A stretch of DNA of 64,000 nt, from the NCBI GenBank assembly GCA_050084985.1, contig JBITNC010000002.1:24986001-25050000 (forward strand). Reading direction: 5' to 3'. Source of the DNA: Nageia nagi (taxonomy: Eukaryota; Plantae; Pinophyta). The first letter of the stretch is position 1. Every line of letters begins with the position of its first letter. The position numbers and the translations under genes were made by a program. The notes under the pieces are model-generated. The model searched no databases, had not been told where the DNA came from, and was given only the letters and a program-made list of their open reading frames with translations. Below, piece by piece: positions 13,001 to 28,000 of this stretch.

Positions 13001-16000
13001 ATCCAATTCCTCTCATGTGTCATTATCCTTTATTGACAATCATATAAAACATCGGATTTCCCATTTATTTATTCCCAATTATGAGCAACTCGAAAAGAAA
13101 TTACCACAATGCAATAAAAGAGTAAGCTCAAGGAGAAATATCATAAACAATTGAAATTATATAAGATAGAACTTCAACGACTTGTACAGCACTTAATATT
13201 TTTTATTGAGGTATAGCATTGATAATCTTCGTATACATTCAACAACTGATTATTTCTTCAATTGGTAAGGGCATGCAAACTACTCAAGAGGCTTGTTATG
13301 ATTCAACAACTACTACAAATTCATTTTCTTCTTCTTAGCTTATTGAGCACCCTTTGGGACATGACGATTCTTCATCATAGTTATTAATTCATGGTGATAC
13401 CTCCTACTTTTGGGTCCAATTATTTCTTTTAATGATGCTAATTGTGAGAACACTCATGATATGGTCCTTGATGAGAAAAATCATGTGTCAAGAACATGAT
13501 GGAAGATATGGGGCTTTGCTTCATAAGAGTATTGGTACAAATGAAGGACAACCATTGATGACAACTTGTGGAAGAAAGGTAGAAATCTTGATATCTCTAC
13601 TACATGAGAGAATGAAACCAATAAGTATGTGGTTCTCAATAAAACCACTCTATTTAACAATTCTTTTTGGGCCTTTAATTCATCTTGGAAAAGGAAAATC
13701 TGAATCTTCTCAAATTGCGAATGTCAATGACGAGGATCATGAGAATACTTCTTTTCCTTCTAATTTTGAGCATAACAATGTTCATAAGAGTGTTCTCCAT
13801 GATGTGGCTTTGATCTATAATCACCAATAAACTATGTTTTTTTTTAATCTCTCAAATACAAATTTCAATCTTGTGAATATATAACTAAGTCTATGTTCTT
13901 AATATGAGCAATAACTAATTATTTAAAAGCATCTAACCAATAATAAATTGCGCACATGCAAGTATTTATAATTTTGAACCCCAATGTAGGGAAACATCTA
14001 CTTTCAAATCGAGCTCTGATATATTTTGATCAATATTTTGAAGTATACAATTACAATAGGCTAGAGTGCTACTACCACCAATGAACACCACCTGCACAAT
14101 ACAGCCCCAGCAATCCCTTATTCTCCAAGATCAACTTCTGTCAGTAGCCTTCTACTCCTTCGGCTGCAAAATCTACACTACAACCAAAGAATCATAGTAA
14201 GACTCTTCAAAATGTTCCCTCTACTAGCTCTTCATGAAGTTTTAATATTGCAAATCATGTCTCTTCATTTGCAATGCAACTCTTGAGGTTCAAAAACACT
14301 TCAAGATGAGTTTGACGCTTCATCTTCCTCTTAAAATACGCTTTGCTCATCCAGTGATGTCACTAACCTTTCTGCTCCTCCAACGATGTCGTTGACCTTC
14401 AAGTCATTTTCCACAATCAGGTCATGTAGGGTCAATAATTCAATGATGATGCTAGGAATACCCCAACAATAGCTCCCCATAAACCTACAAGATGGACTTG
14501 ACACTTAATAACACTAATTCCTAACATTTCATAGCCAAATATAATATAATCTAATGACAGCATTGAAAAACAATCCAACAATATCACTCAAAACATTCAA
14601 TGATGTCACTAGAATAGACATTTTAAGTGAAAAGATAGTTTAAGCGAAAATAGAACAAATGAAGGTCAAATCTACAATAATGGTAGGCATGCGTACACTC
14701 ATTGGAAAGGTCTTTTCGCAAGTTTTTCAATTCTGCATTATTTGCCTCAATTGGATGTCTGTACAAAAATTTATAGCCTCCCAAAGATGACTAATATGTT
14801 TTGATAGGTATCGATTGCAAGCAAATCCACACAAATCAAAGGGAATATTCCAAACACCAAGCATGAAAACTTATGCTCAAGATCTTCACTCCATGATGTT
14901 TTGATTTACACACACACACACACATATATATATATGATCCTTTCAGATCGCACCTCCCCAATGAGGAGGAATTTTGGTCCCCAAAAGTTTTACCTTGGTT
15001 CACCCAATGTGGACTATTTTAGCATGTCTGATCTTGATTAACGTTTTGGATCAATAGAGCATTACAATGACAAGAGAAATTTGGAGATTCAATTGCCTCC
15101 AACAATCATTCATCCCCTTCAACTATTTGCAAAACTCCTTCTCAACCTTCTAACAATCTTTAATGGCTTCTTCTATCAGAAAGAATTTAAGAAAAAACCA
15201 TAAAACAATCCTAATATCAACCAAACTCAACCAACCCCAACTATAGATGGCTAGAAAGGTTATATAGATAAAATCAACACCTCTTGGAAGGCAATTGGTT
15301 CACCCAACTTCTCAAACGACTTAGAAACAGCTCAAATCACTTTAGCTTCTCCTGCAACTACTTTTTCCCCTCAACGTTGATGTTGGTTGACATGGTCAAG
15401 TTGCCAAAACAACACACGTTCCCAGTCGGGTAATGGACCGTCACAAAACCAATTCTTAGTGCTCTTCATGTCAAATCACCTCCAAGTTGCTCCTGACTGC
15501 ATCTGAAATTAAAACGTATGATCCCTAACAACCTCATCTTTAGATTGTGCATGTGGCTCAATTTTGGCTTTTCTAGTGGCATTAGCATTGTTGGCAACGT
15601 TGGCACTAACCTGCATTGCAAAAAAAAATAAACAAGCTAAAGGAACATATCCAAAACGAGCATAAAGACTATTGGCAACAATATTCACTCCTTGAATTTG
15701 ATCTTCATATCATCAACAACTGGTAAAACTTGTTCCACTCCTTCAGTGATCATGGTTGGTTCAAACAACTTTAAGTTCTTCACATTAACATTGAATAGAT
15801 TTGTATATAGGCTGGCAAATTTAATTTGAAAGCATTCTCACTTACTTGCTCTACAATTTCAAAAGGTCGATATCTGAGAGGTTTTAATTTCTTAATTTGT
15901 CCTTGTAAACTCTCCTCACTAAGTTACAACCATACTTTATCTCCCACTTTGAATTGGTGATCAACTCTACGTTGGTCATGTCTCAACTTGTACTTAACTT

Positions 16001-19000
16001 GGTTGGCCTTCAGTTGTCTTATACCTTCAAGTGAACATATCGAATTTTGTCAATGAATTTCTCAGCCTGCTCTTCCTCCTTTATGACTGTTTCATCATCT
16101 TCTTACTGCCCAAAAACACAATCAAACGATGATGGCGGAAGATACCCAAAACACATCCCAAATGGAGTATTTCTAGTGGAAGTATGGACTGCCCAGTTGT
16201 AGGAGTGTTGAATATACACAAGTTGTTCATCCCAAGCTCTTGGATGCTTACTACAGTACCCTCTCAAGAGTTGTACCATTGTCCTATTCACCACCTCAGT
16301 TTATCCACTAGTTTGTATCCATTTTTTTCCACAAAAAAATCCAAAATTTACCTAGAGATCGTGAATCCCTATCAAATAAAATAAAAGTAAGCAAGCTAAA
16401 ATAAATCCAAACATGAAAAAAGAAGAAAAAGTCTACTGCATTTCTGCCTATTATGGTCTTTTTACATGGGATTAACATACACATTTTGCTAAATCTATCC
16501 ATTAATACAAAAAAATAATCATGCCCTTTTCTAGACATAGGCAATCCACCCACAAAGTCCATAGAAATACATTCCCAAGGTCTATTTGGAACATAACGTG
16601 GCATGTGCAAACCCAATTATTGCTTGGCTTACTAGTGCAACACATCATACAACCACGAATATACTTTCCAAATTGTTCTTGAATTTTGGGCCAATAAACG
16701 TATCTTTGCAAATTTGCAGCTATCATTCCTAACCTAAAATGTCCAGCTATACGTGATGTATGTGCCTCTCTAATTAAAACTAATTCTTTCTCCTTCTAAG
16801 ACATAACTTATCTAACTTATAAAGTTCATCTTTAAGATAATAACCAGTTCTCTCTCACTCTCACGTGATGTCGCTAGAGAATATCCCAACAAAAGTGCTG
16901 AAGAACAATCCAGCGATGTTACTACAGTACCTTCTGATTTAGAAAGCTGTTGCATTGTTGATAAACCTCCTTAAAGTCTTTGTCAACCAAATATGCTTTT
17001 GTGTATGCCTCATGAACAAAAGGACAAAGATTCATTAGTGTACCTCCAGCTGAAACTTTTATTGATGGTGTAGAAAGCATATCTGCAATTTTATTTGTAT
17101 TGCCCTTTTTATACTTAATGATTAAGTGATACTATTGCAAGAAGCTCATCCATATAAAATGTCTTGACTATTACAATTTTGACTGAGTTTATAGGCATTA
17201 CAAAGGTTGATGATTAGTATGGATAATAGTCTCCTTTCCCAACAAGTAATGCTTCAACTTCTTCACAGCTTGGAGCAATGCATATAACTCCTTATCATAT
17301 GTAGAATAGTTCAAGACTGTCCCACTAAATTTTTCTAAATAATAACATACGAGTCTTCCTCCTTGTAACGAAACTACCCCCACGGTATACTCACTTGTAT
17401 CTATCTCAATCTCAAATGGTTGTTGCAAGTTTGGTAATGCTAACACTAGAGCATTACTAATATTTTGCTTCTATAAGTCAAAAGATGACTGTTATTTCTT
17501 ACCCCATTGAAATATTTGTTTTATGCCAGTAATATCATGCAATGGAGCAGTAACAGTAGAAAAGTCAAATAATTTTTTTAAAATATTGGACAGCCCCCAA
17601 GAAACTTCTAATCTCAATGGCATTGTTGGGTTTTGGCTACCTCACAATGGCTCTAACCTTCTCAAGGTCAATCTTCATATGTCCTCCACCTACAACATGC
17701 CCTAGATACATCAAAGACTACTTTTCAAATTCACATTTTTGCATCTTCAACAATAACTTCTCTTTTTACAAAGTTTGCATCACTTGTTTTAAGTGTACTA
17801 GGCGTTCCTCTCAAGATTGGCTATAAACCAAAATATCATCCAAGTAAACAACAACAAAAGAATCAATACTTTGCCCCTTATAACTAATGCATTAGATCAT
17901 CAATATGATGCAATGGATACTTGTTTTTTCACACTAATCTTGTTCAATGCACGGTAATCTATGCACATTCTCCAAGTCTCATCCTTTTTTGGCACCAACA
18001 CAATGGATGAACCGCATGGAGAGGTACTTGGTCTAATTACCCCTTGATCCAAGGGCCCCCAAATTTGCTTCTTGATCTCCTCACACTCTATCGCTAACTA
18101 CCTATATAGGCAATAATTGGATTTCATGCTCAAGCTCCCTTTTAGGTGGCATATGGCTTTGTAAAAACATCTTAAAACTCTTGCACAATTGCTTGCACTT
18201 GCTTTTTCTGCTTATCCAACGATGGCACTATAGTATTGGCAACGATGCCATTGCAATCCAGTCTAAGCGTTGGCATTGAATATCCATCACTTGAAGGTCT
18301 AAGCTCTATAAGTACAAACTTTTTATTGGCATTTATGAGTCTCTTTGTCTGACTGGTTGTCACCAACAAAACTCCAATACACCACATTCCAAGAAAACAA
18401 TTTCTTTTTCCATTATTTTGTGATTCATTTCTTTCAAGGATGGATCAATAAGATTGCAAATGTGTCCCCTGAGTGTTGGAAGAAGTGATTTTAAGAGAGC
18501 CTCTTGTAGATCTTGTTTTGCTATGATTTCATTTTCTTTTTTTTTCATCTCTTCAAGAAATCACAAAATTTCTGATTTGGTAATTGTTTGAACTTGCATA
18601 GATCTCCTAATGCGGCATCACATTTAATGTTAAGTTTGAATTCTTGTAAAAACTTATCCATGAGATCCTTTGTTATGAACAAAGTTCCCAAAATAGCATA
18701 AGATCAAGAGAGAAAGAGCTCAACACCTTGAATAAGAGATAAAATCTGTAATAAGCCATTTCGAGGGGGCAACCTCCTTTACATCACATCAATTACACAA
18801 CAATAGACAATACAAATGATAATACCTCCTTAGTATATATAGGAGTCCAAGGGGTGCCACTACAATGAAAGGACACTAGCCGACATAACCATAATAATGT
18901 AAGGAAATAACAATAACCATAGCCGACCTAACCATAATAATGTATAGGGACCTAACATCCTTAATATTATGAGTACTACCATTTAGCAAAACTTGATACC

Positions 19001-22000
19001 ATAATAAGGCATCACCAGTTAGGCTTGTGAAAATACCCTAGTTGTGAAATCTTTGTTGTTGTTGAATTCAATTGCTTTATTCTTGAATATGAGTATATGT
19101 TGTCTAGAGTCTTCTATAACATTGTATTCGGTGAAATTCGGGAGCTTGTCTTTTGGCAATGTTAATAATTTGATTATTGAACATAAAGGTTTTTTTATGC
19201 TTTAGTATTGAACCGTGTATATGAATTAATGTTTTGAGTTATGAGTGTTCGCAATTCTTGTAATATTTGTTGAACTTATTTAAACAATTTTGTTTGTTTT
19301 GTATGATATGTTGATTGCCCACATTTTTTGATGGTTGTCTTAGAATACTCATGCTTTGGTGTATCAATCCCAAAACAACTGTGTTTTGGGACAAGGAGCC
19401 TAGAATAAGAGTGTTGCGGAAATATGAGGTTTCAACTAGGTTTGAAGAGAAATTCAAGTCATCCTAGAACTACTCCATAACTCAATTTCACATATGGGTG
19501 AAGGAGGTGGATCTAAGATGCCACAAGCTCTATACAAGTCAATGATTCTTTTATGCAATCTAGATAACATAACAAAATTATAAAGGAAATCTTCATCAAC
19601 CAATATATAATGCATAAGTTTGGCTCTTCTTTCTTTCGTTTGCAAGGCATATAATGGCATTTCAAGGGCAACATCATTTTCCAAGATTGGTCTTTCCTTA
19701 CTTTGAATATCCTAATTTTTTGTTTCATTGTTGTAATTTTGACAATTATTCTTTGGTTGATTTTCATCTTCTTTGATGTCATCATCATGGTTGTATCTAC
19801 ACTATCTGGGATATGCATATCCAAATTGAACATGTCTTCATATGTGTTTAATCTAGCATCTTGTAGGTCATAATCTTTATCATTGTTGATTAGAATTTGT
19901 GTTGTAGATTTTCCTTTTTAACCTATTCTTGCAATCATCCTAAGCTTGGCAGCAGTTTCAAATCCTTGGGGTTTGGAAGATCCAAAGGTAGTGCAAACAA
20001 GGTTGAAGAAAACGGCATGGAAAATATAGTTTGACACAAACATGATGCCTTAAATTTGGAAAAGCAGGGGTTTCAAATTAGAGTTTTTAAATATAAACAA
20101 GCTAAACCTAGGCTTTTGACAAAAAAGTATACAAAATAATATAAAAGATTGGATTCATAAATATGTAGACATAAAAAAGAGAACAATGTACTAAAATATG
20201 TAGAATTAATTATGTTTACGAAATAAGAATTTGGTTAATACGTAACTACAGTATAGAGATCTAGCAAGTTGAATCATGTAGTATTTACAAAAGGAAATAC
20301 AAAGAAGACTTCTTTGGACTTGGAGGATTGTAGGCAAGCTGACAGATAGCTTGTGATCTTGGAGGACAAATCCTAAAGTTCTAAAGTGAATGAATGATGA
20401 ATGTTTAGCTACTACCATTGGTTTGGTCAATCTGGGTTACGGACCATATCCTTGCATTCTAGGATGAGTATCCAACAATATTGATGCTCTAGAAAATTGG
20501 ATCCAAAGCAACCACATTATAGGCTTGGCTATCTTCTTAGGTATGATGACTATCATCAGATGTATTTTGTGATGTTCTTCATCACAATTTTGGCAATTTC
20601 CTTGTGAAATTCTTCTATAATACCACAAATATGTCAAATACAACTTAAGGAAAAGCTTTGAAGAATTTGATAATTCTTGCAGAGGATAATGGCATTAAAG
20701 CATGCCAAAGAAACTGTCTGATATATTCCCTATATGTTTCCAAATATTTCAATCATGTATGTATATATGTCAAATAACTTTTGCTCTTTACCTTAACAAG
20801 TCTAATTTTGAATTCACCTAGGTGCAATCATCTAGGCTAGAGTGTACATAAGATACTCTGAAATTGGAAGATATTACTTTAAGTTAATTTCAAAAATAAC
20901 CAAATGTGTCCAAAATTAACATTTTGCATAAATCAAATAAACATTTAAATAAAAATCATTTTAAATAGCTAAAATGCAAATTTAAGTGTTTATAGTTAGT
21001 CTAATTTTTTTCAATCATCCTCACTAGTTTTCTCCAAGATGTAGATGTGAAACTAAGGACCGCAAGTTAAATTTTGAGTTTGTATTCCTACTTACAACGA
21101 GTTGCATAGTTGAGCTCGATGAATATTTTCAAGTTTTCCAACTTGCATTACAACTCATGAGTTTTAACTAGTGCCAAGCAATCCTGACAACACTGCCTCC
21201 AAGGCATTGTAATCATCACTCATAAATCATTTGATTATTTGGTCACCCATTGTGAAGCCTTATCATATTAGTGAAAATTCCCTTTCCCTTCATCACATAA
21301 GCATTACAAAGCTTTGGCGTTAATCTTGAAAAGTAATGAACTTTCTCACAGGAACATATCAGTAGTAAAGTTCAGATTTTGGAGAAGGATAAACTTGTAA
21401 TGCCACAAGGTTTAAAAACTGATCTTAGGCATGTCCATGAGATAAGATACTTGGAATATAAATGTTAGACATGTTATAAAGACCATCAAATGTGTCCTAA
21501 TTTTCACCAACTTCAACTATTTTTTATGTTCCCATATATTATTCATATATGCAATTCCTCATTTAAAGGTTTAGGAATCTCTTCCATCCCCGCACTATTC
21601 TTATTTGTAAAATATTATCTTCTAGATTACTCTATGAAACTTACTTCTATTGTTCTAATAGTAGGTAAAGAACAGTGCACTAGTAAAGCATTACTACAAT
21701 ATCACAAAAAGGAGATAGATAAGGGCTTCTATTGGTGATGCTTACTAATCTGCCTTTCTATCTTTCCATTTCTGAGCTAACGCCCGCAAATATTTCCTGC
21801 TTACTCACCTTAAAATGAGTTTAATGATACTTAAATAAATATTTAGATTTTGGTACTAGATCTGTTTGATCCTTGGCACCTAGTCTCTTGGTGCATCATT
21901 CTGACAGCTGTATTGATATAGAGACTGCTTCCTTCCACACTTGTACACATAAGCTGAGGGCTCTTCTGCCAACTGCAGTGGAATTCATAACAGAAACTAA

Positions 22001-25000
22001 ATATAAATTTTACTATAGTTTATTTTTGGCATTGTTCTATACTGCTAGGTCCACATTCATCAAGTTTCAATTCCACTCTCTAGTATATGTTTATATATGA
22101 AGTACGATATTTCTAATCTTAATAAATCAATGGTAAGGTTCATTTGTAATATCATTTACATTGCCCTATTTCAGCATCTATATAACATTCATTATTTTGC
22201 TTAGCCAGGGGTTGGAAAACTTAGATATTTTGGTAAGAGTACCCCTTTTAAGATTCAACATTTAGACAAGATTAAAAATATGCTCTCTTGGTCATGTAAA
22301 CTATTTATCTTTAGTCAATTTGGGTCCACAGCCCACTTTTGCAATGATTTGAACAAACTTAATATTTTCAACTGTTCTTACCTTTTTGGTGTGAACACCA
22401 TGATAGATCCTCCATTATATGTCAAAAAGGAAGTCACGCGTGATCAAGCATTCATAAATTAATTTCTTACATGCTATAACAATGACATATAAAGCAGTGC
22501 TAATTGTTACAGATTAGAAAGCAATAAATGAGATTCAGAATCTCACAAAATTTAAATTGAGACTTTAGTTCCAGAGCCCAAATCAAAAAGTTTCACAGGT
22601 GATTTGAATGGCACACCTTACCATTGAACAGGACATAGATTTCAAAAGTTGGGTTCAATTTAAGAAAGTTTGGCAATCATATTCAAAGGTTCATACTAAA
22701 TTAAAAAAATATTTATGTTTAAACTTTAACTTAAGTTGTTATAAAACAGTTTTATGGCATATTCCTCTAAAGGGTTTTTGATTGCCACTATAGTGAAATA
22801 GCACAAGTTCTTACATTAATTAATCTTCTCTCCATCAATGATAATGATAAATGCCAATATCTGAGACTACCTATGATCTATCAGACTACCATCAGTAAAA
22901 ATGCTCTATACATTTGTATTATATTAAGATATCCAATATCAACAGTATATGGTAATAAAACAAATAATGATAGTTTATTGATTGTTGTAGATTGTACAAT
23001 ACAAGTGTACTATACAAGCTACAAATTGGTACCACTTGATAAACGACGGTAAAGAATAAAAACAAATGGGGAATTGCACACAATAAAAAGTGATTAGTAA
23101 ATGTTGGATAGAAAGGAATAGAAGAATATTTCAAAACCCAAAAGAGACAGACAAAAAGAATCATAATGATGATTGAACAAGCAATAGAAGAGAATGTGAA
23201 AACCATAAGTTTAAAAGATAAACCAGAACCAGTTGAAGAAGCAAGGATCAGCAATTTGCTGAACCTGCAACCATTGGGAATAATGAATTCTGATCAAAAC
23301 TCTTTTAAGGGTTGATACCAAATGGCTGCCACCTCCAAAAAGTTGGTTAAAAATGAATTTCGAACCAAAGGTGACCCAGGCAAGGCAAGGGCAATTGTGA
23401 GAGATCAAAAAGAAGCAGTCTATGAATACTTAGGATAAACAAGTAGCCATCAAGCAGAAGGGAGAGCTCTCTAAGTAGGACTCAATTTGGAAAAGGACTT
23501 AGGAGATTCAAGGTTAATAGCTGAACAGGATTCAACGAATAGCATTAATTGTTTTAAAGGAGAGAACAGAATTAATTGACATCTAGGTTATGTTGTTAGA
23601 GCTACTAAGAGATGTCTTCAGCATTTTGATGAATTAGAAGCAACATACACATACCGAGAAGGTAATAAGGTAGTTGAAATCAGTTAATCTGGAAGCAATC
23701 CACAAATAGGATTGTAGATGGATCCCGCCTGATGATATACACCATGACATCATGTAGGTTGTACAGGAAGAAGTTGAAGAACAACCAAATACCTTTTGAT
23801 GATTATGATTATATTTAATGTTATTTTTTACTATGACAGGTATGGTTAAAGTTCTCTTTTAGATCATATGTAAAAATTAATCTATGGCCATAGGAGGCGG
23901 ACATGTTGAAAGGACACAATGTCGATTTGTGTTTGGTGTATTAACCTAGGAGATATCTACCTTTAGTTTTGAAACAATAGTTTAGCATGATTCCAACGGG
24001 TATATCAGCTTTGTAAAAGAGTTTGGGCCCTTTCAAAATCCCACTTTTTACCTTAATAGGAAAAAAAATTTATTCATAAATGGCGAATGATAAATAGTAA
24101 ATGTAAATGGTAAAAGTTAGAGATATTTCTCAAATTATGGAAAATCCTATAAAAGGTATCTTTAGAAAAAAGCAAGACATAATATGATGTAAAATAGTAA
24201 TGTGGCAAACGCAGGTGAAAAGAAAGTCAACTATCATTGATATTTATAGAAAGTTGGAAAATCGATTTTTGTAAAAATGGAGATATTCATAGAAAATATC
24301 CAAGATATTTAGAAATCTTTACATACCTAAATGAGTCTATAAAGTTACTCCATGCACATATAAGGCAAGCTAGAAATCAAGAATTCAAGTGCTCAAGTAA
24401 ACAAGTAGTCTCTTGAGTAGGAGTGAGAATCTAAAGTCTAGAAAAAATGTGTAGTCTTTGGAGATGTAATATGTCATGCTCTCTTATGTTCAAAAGATCA
24501 AATGAAGAAGATTCAAGAGTTTGTGCTTATATTGTAAGAAGGCTCTGAATTGGAGTGGCAAACGGATAGCAAGTGAAATGGATGCCATTTTTGAGTTGAG
24601 ACAATGAAGGTTGGTGCTCCTCACAACAGAATCAAATCTATAGCTATCTTAGCTCGATAAAGGCTTTTTTGTAAAATGTTGTTTTCCTCTTTCTTGTAAA
24701 ATCAAAACAGCTTCACTTATGTTATGTTGTGTAATGTCCCAAATATTTTCCAGCCTTGTATATAATGTGGTTTCGTCTTTTTAGAGTCATCGTAAACCCT
24801 AGAAGAGGGACATCTACCCTTGAGGGGTTATTTGGAAATGTTTGTTATGTTTTATTGTTAAAGTATGTGTTAGTTGTGTTAATATATGGGTTAGTAGAGT
24901 TAGTCAAGGTGTTAGAAGGGTTTTTGTGTCAAAAACAAAGCTATATTACATGCATTTAGTAAAGTGATGTTTTTAAAAGTTATTATTATTATTTCTTCAT

Positions 25001-28000
25001 TGTGTAGGTCCTTGGTGACTTAAGTGGCTTTAAGTGATCTCAACATGAGATTATATCACAGCCATCAATATGAAATCTAATCTCAGCCCTCCATAGTTAA
25101 ATCTAAGGCTGAGATTTATTCTCACATTAAGGTGTGAGGTATAAAAGTGTATTAGAGCTTCATTTGTTGTTGTTGATGTTTTGGATATTATTTGGAGAAT
25201 AGTCAGTATTCTTGGGCTCTTGAAGACTATTGGAAGTGTCTCTCAGAGATTTTGGGGTTCCTATTGGACCAAATCCAATGGAGGCTAGTCTAGCTAATTT
25301 TCAAGTTTCTACCCATTGGATATGACAAATCCACAGCAGGGTTTGTGGTTTGGGCATATATCGTGAAGCATAACTGAAGCAAAAGAGCAGATTTTCCTAC
25401 TAGAGGGCAAGTTAGCAGGGTTTTGAGCAGTGATTCAGATAGATCAAACTAGCAAGATGTGATGTTGGCCCTAGGAGGGCCATTTCGCAGCTTATAAGTG
25501 TTAAAACCAGTGTTCCACACGCCTGGGGAACGGGGATACGGGGGAACGCCGGAACGCGTATCCGGGAATGGCGGAAAAAAAATAGGGTCTTTTGGGGAAC
25601 GGCGGGGAACGGCTAGGGAACGACAAACATAATACTAGTAAAAATTATTAGATTTTTAAGAGTATCATTTCCAATTCATTTTTATTATGATGAATGATCA
25701 TATTATCAAATTTAATTATGTATGATGTATACAAAATTACAAATTAAAAACACGGAATCGAAATTACTCAATTAGAAATTCAACTTCATAGCCCATCAAA
25801 TTAAAAAAGCCCAAGGGTAAACCACTAAACCGTAAATCTGATAACACAATCATAATGTCATAGGCCATAGCCCATAGGTCTGAAAGACTGAATGAAATAC
25901 ATAGATGGGACATCAGTATGTCGAATACGGAATACGAATAAGTGTTTGAATAACAAAATGAAGATGCCAAAATATTAAATAACCACTATAGTCTATGGAT
26001 CTATAGGCTCATGTGCTAATGGTTGTGCATCCATATCCTCCTCATCTGTTGAGCTATCTGACGATATGCTCTCATCATCCAAATGAAGAGTATGCAATGG
26101 CAATCCAAACATCGACTCATCAGCCTCATCATCATCAGCCTCGAGCTGGCCTGCCTCCACTGGATCAATGTCCCAACGTGCAGCTGGACTAGCTCTATAC
26201 TCTGGCGTAACTCTCTCGCTAAGGCGAAGAGAGCTATGCACTGCAACTAACTTCTCTGCTCTACGAGAAGTAAGTCTATTCCTTCGCAGACTATGGATGA
26301 AGCCATAGGTAGACCAATTTCTCTCCGCAGCAAATGAACTACCCACCTACAAACAATCATTCAAATTAGATTTTTCATTTTTGATTATGTGAGAAAGAAG
26401 TATAGTACAATACTTAATGGCATGGCAATGGCATCTACTAACCTGGGAAAGGAGCCTAATCGCAAGATGCTTCAAGTGTGGAGCATCATCTCCATATAGC
26501 TCCCACCATCCAATGGGATTAGTTTGGGCAATGGTAGCCCTATCCTCCTTGCACTCTTGCCTGCTAAAACGAGAACCCTTAAGTCTCACAAATTTTACAA
26601 ACTCCTCTTTAACTATACGACCATCCTCTCGTGAAAACATCTTGGCAAGGAAGTTCATGAACCCATCTTTCAACTCAATATCATCATTAGGTGCCATTTT
26701 CCCAATCTTTGGTGCATACCATTTTGGGTTCAACACATGGGCAGCCATATAGAGAGGGGTATTCATTTTATTCCACCTACAAAAAGTTAAAAAAAAATAA
26801 TTTAATAAACTTAAAGACAAAAGTTAACAAACCAAATTGAAACTAAACTCTAAAGTTAACAATCAACATTTGTTTTTGTTACCTCTTCTCTATGATGGGT
26901 CTAATATGGCCTTCATAAAAATAAGGATCTTTGGCATTAATTATTCTTTTCATTTCCCCAAGCATGCTATCGAAGGTCTCGTATATCTCTCCTAAATTAG
27001 GAGAATACGTATCGGCATACCTTATCACTTCAAAAACTGGGGAAATAAAAGATACAATGTACCTACATTCAAAAAAAAAAGAGTTAAAAAACTTAGAAAG
27101 TTAAATCTAATTGAACAATTACCTAATGACCAATCCAACTTGAAATTCAAACTACAATAGTGAAACTTTCAAACTTTGTTACCTGGCTTCAGTCCACCAA
27201 TTCTCATCCAAGACTTTATCTCTAAGTCTTTTTCCCTCCTGTGTTTGAGATTCTGGCCACCTCTTCCATTCTACACAAACTACCATGGATTGTAGTGCCT
27301 CCTGCACCTCAATCATCCTTTACAATAGGATGAAATAAGTGGCATATCTCGTATCTGCAGGTTTAAGAAACTCCTTCTTTGAGGAGCGAAAGAGGGCCAA
27401 TGAGGTATGATGGTTGCAAATAAACATTTGCAAGTCTCTCGCTTCTGCAACAACATTCTTCACCCAATCTATTTTCCCAATGTCCTTCAATGCATTATTC
27501 AATGCATGAACGCAACATGGGGTCCAAAAAATATGCCTGTAAGTGCCCTCTATCAATTTTCCTGCACGCTTGCAAACAGGGGTTGCATCTGTAATTATCT
27601 GTACAAAAAAAATTAAAACGTTACAGTTTGCCGTTTGGCATTTTTACAACAAATGTCAAAAAATAAATTAGAAAACTAAAAGTAAAGTTTAAAGTTTTAA
27701 AATTTAAACTTAGTAAAGTGATTACCTGGACAACATTGGAGGATCCAACCTCCTCAATAGCCTCCTTCAACAGGAGGAACTGGAACTCTGCATCCTTTTT
27801 TTTTCCCGAGCAATCAACAGCTCGAAGAAAATAAGGACCCTCTGAACATGACACCATTATATTGATGAGTGGACGTTGACGAATGTCATTCCATCCCTCC
27901 ATAATAATGGAACATCCACTACGCACCCATGTAGCCTTCATCTCCGACATCATCAAACTGCATCTACTATACTGCTTCTCCAAAATAGAAGTACGGAGTC

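Noticed and set aside
14908-14935. (CA)n(TA)n microsatellite (others near 36745, 36795, 36924, 49735, 55396)
   Set aside because: Short, ordinary simple repeats.
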